A stretch of DNA of 32,000 nt from Cupriavidus necator (GTDB lineage: Bacteria > Pseudomonadota > Gammaproteobacteria > Burkholderiales > Burkholderiaceae), in assembly GCF_016127575.1 (NCBI RefSeq), contig NZ_CP066019.1, forward strand, positions 1,710,001 through 1,742,000, in the 5' to 3' direction. Shown piece by piece: positions 24,934 through 32,000 of this stretch. Made by a program: the position numbers and the translations under genes. Position 1 is the stretch's first letter, and every line of letters begins with the position of its first letter. The notes beneath the pieces were generated by a model. That model worked only from the letters and a program-made list of their open reading frames with translations, ran no database searches and had not been told where the DNA came from.

Positions 24934-26319
24934 TCAGGCGGGCCTGATGTTCTGATTCACGCGGAACAGGTTGGCCGGGTCGTATTTGCGCTTGATCTCC
25001 GCCAGCCGCGCATAGTTGTCGCGATAGGACGCCTTCACGTTGTCATTGCCCTCGTCCATCATCATGTTGATGTAGCCGCCGCCAGCAGAGTGCGGATGCA
25101 GGGCCAGCCAGTAGTCCTTCGCCCACTGCACGATGCGATCGTTGTTGGCCGGGTCGGGATCCACGCCGACAATCACGCTGGCAAAGTTGGCATCGCGGTA
25201 GCTGAAGGCCGTGTCGTCGCAGCCGGCGCGATGCGCTGCACCATTGATCGGATACAGGTGCATGGTCGAGTGCATCGACGGCAATTGCTGCCCGTACTTG
25301 ATGTGCAGATCGATGGCCTTGTCGCTCAGGTCGCTGACGAAGTCCGCTTTCCAGTACCACTGCAAGCCCGCCGGATACAGTCCGTCGAACAGGCTCTGCA
25401 GGACAGGCCAGGGGACTGGTCCGGCAAAGTCCACCGCTGGCGGCATGGCCTCGCGAATCGGACGGAAGTGCGTTTCGGCCTGATCGATCGGGCCGGTGTA
25501 GCACCACACCACTGCGCACATCTTCTGCAGGTGAACTTCCTCCGGGAAGGGCGCTGCGGGAGGCACCGTGACGAAACCGAACCAGCCATTGATGTGCTGC
25601 GGCGCGCTCAGGATGAAGTCGCGCCACCATTTCATCAGCTCGCGGGCCTGCTCCATCGGCCACAGCATCGGGCCGCCATAGACCGTGGCTACGGGATGAG
25701 CCTTGAACTCGAACGACGTCACCACGCCGAAGTTGCCACCGCCGCCGCGCAACGCCCAGAACAGGTCCGCGTTTTCGTCCTCGCTTGCTGTGACGATGCG
25801 CCCGTCGGCCAGAACGACCTCGGCGCTGAGCAGATTGTCGATCGTCAGGCCGTAGGCGCGGCTGAGGTAGCCGATGCCGCCGCCGAGCGTCAGTCCGCCC
25901 ACGCCGGTGGTCGAGATGAAGCCACTCGGCGTCGCCAGCCCGTAGGCACTGGCGGCGTGATCCACATCGCCCCAGGTGCAGCCACCGCCAACCCGCAGTG
26001 TCTTGCTTCCGGCATTGACAAACACGCCCTTCATGGGCGACAGGTCGATCACCAGTCCACCATCGCATGTGCCGAGCCCGGCGCCATTGTGCGCGCCGCC
26101 ACGCACGGCCAGCAGCATCCCGCCGTCGCGCGCGGCGTTCACCGCCGCGATGACGTCCGCAACATCGACGCAGCGCGCGATGATCGCAGGTCGCTTGTCG
26201 ATCATTCCGTTGTAGACGGCACGCGCCTGGTCGTAAGCCGCGTCGCCCGGCTGAATCAGTTGTCCCCGAAAATGCGCCTTGAGTGCGGTTGCGACGGGTT
26301 CGCTCAATGAAGCTTCCAT
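24934..26319 (-). CDS. FAD-linked oxidase, VAO/BBE family
   Basis: 461 aa. The FAD_binding_4 region shows PAIIARC..VADV..AV, VRGGAHNGAG and GVGGLTLGGGIGYLSR. The C-terminal BBE-type tail is YINMMMDEG...YRDNYARLAEIKRKYDPANLFRVNQNI. ATG 26319 has AGGAGG 6 nt upstream. Confidence 0.9.
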   Translation of the reverse strand: MEASLSEPVATALKAHFRGQLIQPGDAAYDQARAVYNGMIDKRPAIIARCVDVADVIAAVNAARDGGMLLAVRGGAHNGAGLGTCDGGLVIDLSPMKGVFVNAGSKTLRVGGGCTWGDVDHAASAYGLATPSGFISTTGVGGLTLGGGIGYLSRAYGLTIDNLLSAEVVLADGRIVTASEDENADLFWALRGGGGNFGVVTSFEFKAHPVATVYGGPMLWPMEQARELMKWWRDFILSAPQHINGWFGFVTVPPAAPFPEEVHLQKMCAVVWCYTGPIDQAETHFRPIREAMPPAVDFAGPVPWPVLQSLFDGLYPAGLQWYWKADFVSDLSDKAIDLHIKYGQQLPSMHSTMHLYPINGAAHRAGCDDTAFSYRDANFASVIVGVDPDPANNDRIVQWAKDYWLALHPHSAGGGYINMMMDEGNDNVKASYRDNYARLAEIKRKYDPANLFRVNQNIRPA

Positions 26320-26363
26320 GGTTGCCTCCTGTCCGGTTGGTATGCAGGAGTTTTAGCAACCTC

Positions 26364-26393
26364 GGCGTTTTGAAAGCGTTAGGTGAACCGTTA
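26364..26393 (-). promoter_or_regulatory. three direct heptamer-like repeats at 11-12 bp spacing upstream of the oxidase gene (possible SARP binding site)
   Basis: The minus strand reads TAACGGT-N5-TAACGCT-N4-AAACGCC. Repeat starts are 12 and 11 nt apart. The last repeat ends 8 nt before a weak -10-like TAAAAC, which is 32 nt before the ATG. Confidence 0.3.
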
Positions 26394-26439
26394 CAAGGGG
26401 ATTCTGCCTCCCGACCGGGGCGCGGTGGTCGAGCCGAAG

Positions 26440-29400
26440 CTAACGCGCGAGTAACGCCCGCGCCTTGACGATGTCGGGCTGATCGAAGCCCTCGGTGAAT
26501 CGCGCAAGCGGCGCCTCGACCACCTCATGCGCATTGACGCGCCCCTGCGAGGTTCGCAGCGTTGTCAATGACAGGGTGGCACGTAGTTCAAGCGGTAGCG
26601 CGTGCTGGGCTGTGGCGATCTCGATCGCCTTGATCAGCGATGACTCGGCTTCGGCGAGGCTGGCGCTGCTGCATAGCAGCAATTCACCGCGCAGACGGTA
26701 CAGCTCGGCGTCCACCCAGTGCTCGCCAGTGCGCCCGGCGCATTCGAGCGCCTGGTCCAAAGCCGCCAACGCAGCCTCGGTCTCTCCTACGTCGCCCAGG
26801 CATTCAGCCAGCATGGCCAGATACAGCGGCAGACGCAGGCGTGCGCCCGTTACGTGAAAGCCCTCGATCGCCGCCTGCATCGCCACCACGGCGTCGGCGC
26901 CGGGCGCCTGTTTCGCGTTCGCCCAGGCGAGCAGTATGCCTGCCCAGGCAAGGTAGTAGCCTACGTGGTACTGTTCGGCGATCTCGTGTGCCAGGCGGGC
27001 ATAGTGCAGCGTGAGACCGTGCTCATGTCGCAGCGCATGCTGCGTCGCGAGATATGACAGCGCGAGCGCCTGGGAGAACGGGTGTGCTACCCGGTTTGCC
27101 ACCTCCAGCGCTTCGCGTCCACGCTGAAGGGCCTGATCGGCAAGCCCCCTGAACCACAATGCGTGCGCCGACCACGCGGCGGCCAGCACGCCGAAGTTAC
27201 CGCCCATCAGGGACGCATGCTCGGCGTGCTGGGCCTCGTCATAAGCGCGGTGCGCGCGTTGATACGCGGGCTCGGCAGCCATCCAGTCGCCTTGCTGGAC
27301 CAGACTACCCATGACGCTGGTCCATGCCATCACCGAGTAAGTACCGGAGCCCAGCGGCCCCAATCCCGCAATCAGTTCCTCGCTCAGGCTACGTGCCTGT
27401 GCAAGTTCCGCCCTCACTACCAGGAAAAATGAAAGGCTGACCTGGGCGCGTGCTTGCTGACTGGCGTCACCCGCCAGCCGGCTCAGTTCCACCGCGCGTC
27501 GCAGCGGCGCCTCCAGTTCGGGTGCCGCCCAGCCTCGGGCGATGCGAATCGGTGGCGCAAGGTCGAGTTGCAGGGCCAGCGATTGACTGGCGCGCTCCTG
27601 CGGATCGGCAATCCGGTCCGCTTGCACCAGCCCGCGCGTCAGCAATGCAATGGCATCGTCATAGGCATACACACTCTGCGCGACAACGGCCGCGCGCCGA
27701 TAGAACGCCGCCGCCTGGGCTGGCAGGCCCGCCCGCTCATAGTGCGAGGCGATCTGCGCGCTTGCCGCGTCGGGCGCATCGCCTGACGCCTGCTCGAGCG
27801 CTCGCGCCACGCGCAAATGCAGGCGGCGGCGCTGTAGCGGACTCACGTCGGCGTATGCCACGTCGCGGATCTTGTCATGGCTGAAGTCAAAGGCCAGGCC
27901 GCGAGCGTCGGTCTGGCGCACGATGCGCCGCTGCCACAGCTCGTCCAGTGCGCCTGCCAGGGCATCCTCGCCGAGGTCGCTTGCCTGGGCGAGGATGTCG
28001 GTCGTGAACGCCCGTCCAATGATTGCAGCAACCCCGACGATTTCGCGGGCGCCCGGAGGAAGCTGTGCCAGCCGGTTCGAGATGATGGAGTAAACCTTGG
28101 GCGGCAACTTCGACGCCATGCCGCCCTGTGCGTCCCCGACCGGCATGGTGTCGGAGCGGGCCCGCATCATTTCGACGGCAAACAGCGGGTTACCCTCGCT
28201 CTCTTCGAACAGCCGGGTTGCCTCCGTGTCGGCCAGCGGCCGGTCCAGGATCTGGGCCGCTATCTTTGCCGTTTCCGCGGCGTCGAGTGTCCCCAATGAG
28301 ATCTCGATGAACTGGTCGTCGCGGCGTAGTGCGTCCAGCAGCCGGTTCGCCGCGTGCAGCGGCATGATTTCCTCGGGGCGCGCCGTTGCGACCACCATCA
28401 GCCTTGCCGCCACGTCGAAACGCATCAGGAAGCGCAGCCATTCGAGCGTCTCGCCGTCGCACCATTGCAGGTCGTCGAGCAGCAACAGAAGCGGCCCGCC
28501 TTGTGCAAGCACCGCTCGCGCAAGCGCCTCGAAGAACCGTTGGCGTTGCCAGTATTCGGTAAGAGGCGACGGCGGCGACAGTCCGGATTGCTGCGTGAGG
28601 AGTTCGGGCAACAGGCGCGTGACCTCGGTCAGCCACAGTCTGTCGAGCTTGCCGATCGCACCACTCAGGCCAGGGCTGCGCAGCCAGCCGGTCACCGGCG
28701 CAAACGCAAGCTGTCCCTCGGCCGCATAGGCGCGCGAATGCGCCACGGTGATGCCTTGCTCGGCCAGATGGACCAGCAGTTCCTCCGCCAGGCGCGATTT
28801 GCCGATGCCGGCTTCGCCCAGGATCAGGACAAACTGCTTGTCGCCCAGCTGGGTACGCTGCCAGACTTCAAGCAGCCGGCGCCATTCGCCATGCCGGCCA
28901 ATCATTGGCAGCATCGCATCCCGCCGCGGGCGTTGGCGCTGCATTGACGCAGCCTGCGCAGCCAACCGCGCATAGGCCTCGCGCATGGGGTCGCCGGGCA
29001 GGACGCCCAATTCGCGAGCGAGCGTTTCCACACAGCTACGATAGGCGCGCATGGCCGATGCGTGATCGTGGTTCAGCGCGTGCAGGCGCATCAGCGCCAG
29101 GCAGGTGGGTTCGCGGCACGGGTCGAGCCGCTGCAACTGCTGTGTGTACTTCAACGCCTTTGCATAGTCGCGCCGGTCCTCACTCAGTTGACCGAGGCGC
29201 GCGAGCGCCGCGATGCACTGTTCGCGCAACTTTTCGCGCTCGGGGTGGATCCACTCGTCATAGCAGTTGGCCAGCAGGTCACCGCGATAGAGATCCGCGG
29301 CATGCGTCAGCAGTTCTTCTTCAGCGCCTGCGTCGCCGTGCCTCGAGGCCCTGGCCGCAGCCGCAAGCGCGGACTGGAACTGCGCTACATCGAGGTCAAG

Positions 29401-29703
29401 CGGCGAATCGGGCAGCCATCGCACCGTTTGCGCATCGGCATGGACAAACTGATCTGCCTCCGGCCAGGTCTTGCGCAGCTGAAACAGCAGTTGACGCAGG
29501 GCATTGCGCGCCTGCGCCTGCGAGGAATCAGGCCAGAACAGTACGGCGAGCTGCTGCCGCGTCTGCGGTGCGTCGCGATGCAGGACAAGGCAGGCGAGCA
29601 GCGCCTGCAAGCGGGGGGAGTTTGCGTTAAACAGGGGCGCGCCAGCGCCGTCGAGCTGGAACTCGCCAAACAAACGGACGGAGGAGCGGGCCTGCGAAGT
29701 CAT
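26440..29703 (-). CDS. SARP-family (wHTH + BTAD) regulator fused to a AAA/STAND ATPase and TPR-like repeats
   Basis: 1087 aa from ATG 29703. The N-terminus VRLFGEFQLDG...SPRLQALLACLVL...LAVLFWPDSSQAQARNALRQLLFQLRK is an OmpR-type wHTH, and LYRGDLLANCYDEWIHPEREKLRE...LDPCREP...LMRLHA is a BTAD. The P-loop is LGEAGIGKSRL and Walker B is LLLLDDLQWCD. About 500 aa of helical, TPR-like C-terminus follow. The track start at 29874 is an over-extension. Confidence 0.85.
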   Translation of the reverse strand: MTSQARSSVRLFGEFQLDGAGAPLFNANSPRLQALLACLVLHRDAPQTRQQLAVLFWPDSSQAQARNALRQLLFQLRKTWPEADQFVHADAQTVRWLPDSPLDLDVAQFQSALAAAARASRHGDAGAEEELLTHAADLYRGDLLANCYDEWIHPEREKLREQCIAALARLGQLSEDRRDYAKALKYTQQLQRLDPCREPTCLALMRLHALNHDHASAMRAYRSCVETLARELGVLPGDPMREAYARLAAQAASMQRQRPRRDAMLPMIGRHGEWRRLLEVWQRTQLGDKQFVLILGEAGIGKSRLAEELLVHLAEQGITVAHSRAYAAEGQLAFAPVTGWLRSPGLSGAIGKLDRLWLTEVTRLLPELLTQQSGLSPPSPLTEYWQRQRFFEALARAVLAQGGPLLLLLDDLQWCDGETLEWLRFLMRFDVAARLMVVATARPEEIMPLHAANRLLDALRRDDQFIEISLGTLDAAETAKIAAQILDRPLADTEATRLFEESEGNPLFAVEMMRARSDTMPVGDAQGGMASKLPPKVYSIISNRLAQLPPGAREIVGVAAIIGRAFTTDILAQASDLGEDALAGALDELWQRRIVRQTDARGLAFDFSHDKIRDVAYADVSPLQRRRLHLRVARALEQASGDAPDAASAQIASHYERAGLPAQAAAFYRRAAVVAQSVYAYDDAIALLTRGLVQADRIADPQERASQSLALQLDLAPPIRIARGWAAPELEAPLRRAVELSRLAGDASQQARAQVSLSFFLVVRAELAQARSLSEELIAGLGPLGSGTYSVMAWTSVMGSLVQQGDWMAAEPAYQRAHRAYDEAQHAEHASLMGGNFGVLAAAWSAHALWFRGLADQALQRGREALEVANRVAHPFSQALALSYLATQHALRHEHGLTLHYARLAHEIAEQYHVGYYLAWAGILLAWANAKQAPGADAVVAMQAAIEGFHVTGARLRLPLYLAMLAECLGDVGETEAALAALDQALECAGRTGEHWVDAELYRLRGELLLCSSASLAEAESSLIKAIEIATAQHALPLELRATLSLTTLRTSQGRVNAHEVVEAPLARFTEGFDQPDIVKARALLAR

Positions 29704-29892
29704 GCTGGAGCGCAATGCGGCACAAAGCGATGGGGAGCTCCTGTAGGCAGCGTGCGGTGCGCGCTGCGCTAGCGCTCGTGCGGGAACTCTCCAACACCCA
29801 AGCCCGCGCGAGCGCCTTCCGTGACTATACTCGCGTTGGCGCGTCCCATCCGGCCAACGTCGACGAGCAGTCACTCCCTTTCCCGCCAGGTC

Positions 29893-30255
29893 CTAGCCGA
29901 AGACCTCGGATGCGTCCGTCATCAGTCTAAGCCCATGGGCTCGGATTCGCTCCTGGGCACGCCGAGCAAAGACTGATGCATCCAGGTTTGACCCGAGCTT
30001 CCGTACGCCGTGGGAGACTCGCCGAAAAATGAAATCAACTTCGTTTTCGGTGAAGTCGCCGTAGGCAAGGTATGCCCTCAGCATCTGGTTAAGGTAGGCA
30101 TCACACTCACTTCGCTGCAATACTAGTGCGCTTGCCAGCAGAGACCGCGAGTGCCACCGCAGCCACCGGCGTCTCCAGTGCTTGTAGTCGTCCTTCACCA
30201 ATTGACCCCTCCATTGCCCGGCGGCACCTTTCTTTACGCTGCCCGCAATCACCAA
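29893..30255 (-). CDS. orphan hypothetical protein with atypical codon usage
   Basis: The ORF is 120 codons with a TTG or GTG start at 30255/30252; an internal ATG would give 63 aa. By my hand count 41 of 120 codons end in A/T, versus very few in neighbouring genes. I recognise no family and see no clear SD. Confidence 0.4.
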   Translation of the reverse strand: MVIAGSVKKGAAGQWRGQLVKDDYKHWRRRWLRWHSRSLLASALVLQRSECDAYLNQMLRAYLAYGDFTENEVDFIFRRVSHGVRKLGSNLDASVFARRAQERIRAHGLRLMTDASEVFG

Positions 30256-30462
30256 CGAGTAGGGAGCACGCGGCGCGCTGTTTGAAAATCATCATAGCGT
30301 GACGGAAATAGCAGGGCAATCGGCTTTCCTCTGGAGAAGGTCCCACCAAAGAGGGGGTATGGCGAGAATCTTGCGATTGAGGGAAATCGTGTGGATCGCC
30401 GAGCGAAGCGGCGGGCGGGCACTCCGACCGGCCGCTCCCAATTACCCGGGCCGGGCCTCAAG

Positions 30463-31542
30463 TCAAAGATTGAGGCGCTGGAAATACCCGGTCAGTTCGA
30501 GGTAGCCCCGTCCGACCACCTTGCCTCCCCGCAACGCCGTCACCGCGCCCTCCCAATAGACCGCGCCGGTACTCGCGCGGCTATCGAGTTCCTGATCATC
30601 CATCAGCGGTAGCAGTTCGAGCGTGAGACCGCCTGCGTTCAACCGCATGGCAACCGGATAGCTCGTGCCGGTACGAGGCGAGCGCCAACGGCGTGCCGGC
30701 ATGAAGTTGACCTCGTCGGGAGCCAGTACCTGGACGCGACCGTCGCTGCCGCGCAGCGTGCCGCCTCCCCAGAACTTGCGCCCCGGCTTGTCCCGGATCT
30801 GGAAGGCCATCAACGCGCTGCCGTCATCCAGGTTGAGGCCGAGCCAGTCCCAGCCGACGGCCTCGTCGGCCAGCAAGGTCGACGACCATTCGTGATCCAG
30901 CCAGGCGGTACCGTGCACGGTTTCCTGCAGGCTGCGCCGTTCCAGGGTGCCGCTCACCTTGAGCCCCGGCTGGCTGTAGTAATAGCTCGCCTGGGCCGCC
31001 AGCGGTCCCTTGCGGCTGTATCCCCGTTCGCCCTGTAGCAGCAACCGTTGGGTTGGTTCCATTGTCAGATCGAGCGTGAAATCCCGCGCGGGAAATCTGG
31101 CTCGGTAGTGCCCCGTCGCCTCTCGGCGCAGCGACCAGCTGTCGATGTACACATCGGTATCGGCAGTATCGGCAAGCGCAAGGCCGAAGCCGCTGCGCGC
31201 CGCGCGTTGGTCGTGCTGGAGCTTGCCGGCCACGGGATCGCTCAGTGCGACATTGGCGAACAGCAGTTGCTGCGGCGCGAAGCGGCTTGGGTTGGCCTGG
31301 TCGAACGGCGGGCGCGAGCGGAAGAACGTAACCTGGAAGCCGAGCGGCGCTCCTGCCCGCGTCTGCAGCCAGCCGGTGGCATACCACCATTCGGTGCGAT
31401 AGTCGGGGTGCGCGCCGTGGTCGCGCGGGAAGGACAGGGTTCGTCCCGCGGCGACCGGCGGATAAGCGGGCGCTGCGCCCAGCGCCGCGGCCGCCACGCC
31501 GGAACCCGGCAACAACAGCAGGAATGAGCGCCTCTTCACCAA
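30463..31542 (-). CDS. AttH/CrtC-like lipocalin-fold protein (hydroxyneurosporene-synthase-like) with a Tat-type signal
   Basis: 359 aa with PRDHGAHPDYRTEWWYATGWL, GFQVTFFR and AWLDHEWS, which are AttH/CrtC-family hallmarks. The N-terminus KRRSFLLLLPGSGVAAAAL has an RR-x-FL Tat motif. The start is TTG 31542 or GTG 31539, directly after AGGAGGA, and overlaps the permease stop. Confidence 0.8.
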   Translation of the reverse strand: MVKRRSFLLLLPGSGVAAAALGAAPAYPPVAAGRTLSFPRDHGAHPDYRTEWWYATGWLQTRAGAPLGFQVTFFRSRPPFDQANPSRFAPQQLLFANVALSDPVAGKLQHDQRAARSGFGLALADTADTDVYIDSWSLRREATGHYRARFPARDFTLDLTMEPTQRLLLQGERGYSRKGPLAAQASYYYSQPGLKVSGTLERRSLQETVHGTAWLDHEWSSTLLADEAVGWDWLGLNLDDGSALMAFQIRDKPGRKFWGGGTLRGSDGRVQVLAPDEVNFMPARRWRSPRTGTSYPVAMRLNAGGLTLELLPLMDDQELDSRASTGAVYWEGAVTALRGGKVVGRGYLELTGYFQRLNL

Positions 31543-32000
31543 TCCTCCTGAACCGCGCGCACTGCGCTACGCGACATCGCCTGCCGCCCGCTCGCCAGCG
31601 CAGCCAGCGAGGCCGCCGCCACCACCGCGCTCGCCAACTGGGCGAGGAATGCCCAGGGCAAATGCAAACTCATGGTCCAGTGGAACGACTGCGGGTTGAC
31701 AACGTGAACCAGGATCAGGGCGATGATCCATCCCAGCGCAAGACCGGCTACCACGCCAAGCAGAGCGAGTAACGCGCCCTCCAGTGCCAGCATCGCGCCG
31801 ATCTGCCAACGCATGAAGCCGAGATGCCGCAGCATGCCGAATTCGCGCGCACGCGCCAGGGCCTGCGCGCTGAAGCTGGCGCCGATGCCGAACAGGCCGA
31901 TCACGACCGCTATGCCCTCCAGCAGGTAGGTCACGGCGAAGCTCCGGTCGAAGATTCTCAAGGTGACGGCGCGTATCTCGCCAGGCTCGGCGAAGGTAAT
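31536..32000 (-). CDS. ABC transporter permease, FtsX-like C-terminal part (5' end outside the window)
   Basis: The frame is open from the window end (ITFAEPGEIRAVTLRIFDRSFAVTYLLEGIAVVIGLFGI...) to the stop at 31536. The pattern of the last TM helices of MacB/FtsX-type permeases is present (REFGMLRHLGFMRWQI...). The internal start at 31961 in the track is a TTG inside the open frame. Confidence 0.8.
   Translation of the reverse strand: MTFAEPGEIRAVTLRIFDRSFAVTYLLEGIAVVIGLFGIGASFSAQALARAREFGMLRHLGFMRWQIGAMLALEGALLALLGVVAGLALGWIIALILVHVVNPQSFHWTMSLHLPWAFLAQLASAVVAAASLAALASGRQAMSRSAVRAVQEDW

Noticed and set aside
26440-29703. STAND ATPase with TPR sensor as an Avs-like antiphage defence protein
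   Set aside because: The N-terminal module is a winged-helix plus BTAD DNA-binding activator (SARP type), not a nuclease, protease or other effector. The architecture is that of a signal-sensing transcription factor. A defence role is not excluded, but nothing I can see supports it.
30455-30476. Hairpin GCCTCAA-N8-TTGAGGC overlapping the AttH-like stop codon, considered as a terminator
   Set aside because: The stem is only 7 bp, the loop includes the stop codon, and the downstream minus-strand sequence (CCGGCCCGGGTAATT) is not U-rich.

Overview
This is a hand analysis only; no searches or folding programs were run, and all coordinates were derived by counting. The window looks like chromosome from a high-GC betaproteobacterium. 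Gene content, lipoboxes and G/C-ending codons resemble Cupriavidus/Ralstonia, but that assignment is inference.

I call 28 protein genes. Two are cut by the window edges, and one of those is missing from the ORF track. I also call tRNA-Arg(ACG) and tRNA-Leu(CAG), each with a sigma-70-like promoter and hairpin terminators, plus several operators and palindromes. Most long ORFs in the track that overlap these genes are R/A/G/P-rich shadow frames.

Modules in order:
1. 1-4471 (-): a DUF1254/DUF1214 lipoprotein, then a tight AtoE-like transporter / YciI-like / catC / pcaD set.
2. 4683-10157: a small lipoprotein, a Nudix-MBL fusion, tRNA-Arg, a short autotransporter-like beta-barrel protein and a membrane GGEEF diguanylate cyclase.
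3. 10330-15920 (-): tRNA-Leu and a five-gene operon (URC1-type GTP cyclohydrolase II, URC4/DUF1688, upp, RutR-like TetR, codA). A near-consensus RutR box lies in its promoter region. I read this as a bacterial URC-type pyrimidine catabolic operon, and it is the best candidate for an under-described system here.
4. 16155-17255 (-): an acyltransferase-3, followed by a 412-bp lower-GC gap.
5. 18041-23966 (+): a LacI-family regulator, a 4-gene ABC importer and a GpdQ-like phosphodiesterase. A perfect 16-bp LacI-type operator overlaps the ATG that the ORF track implies.
6. 24374-30255 (-): a compositionally patchy stretch with a secreted tandem-motif mini-protein, a BBE/VAO FAD oxidase, a 1087-aa SARP(wHTH+BTAD)-AAA-TPR STAND regulator and an atypical orphan ORF.
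7. 30463-32000 (-): an AttH/CrtC-like Tat-signal protein and the 3' part of an FtsX-like permease.

I found no CRISPR array, IS element, integrase or rRNA. Start codons and all regulatory sites are predictions.
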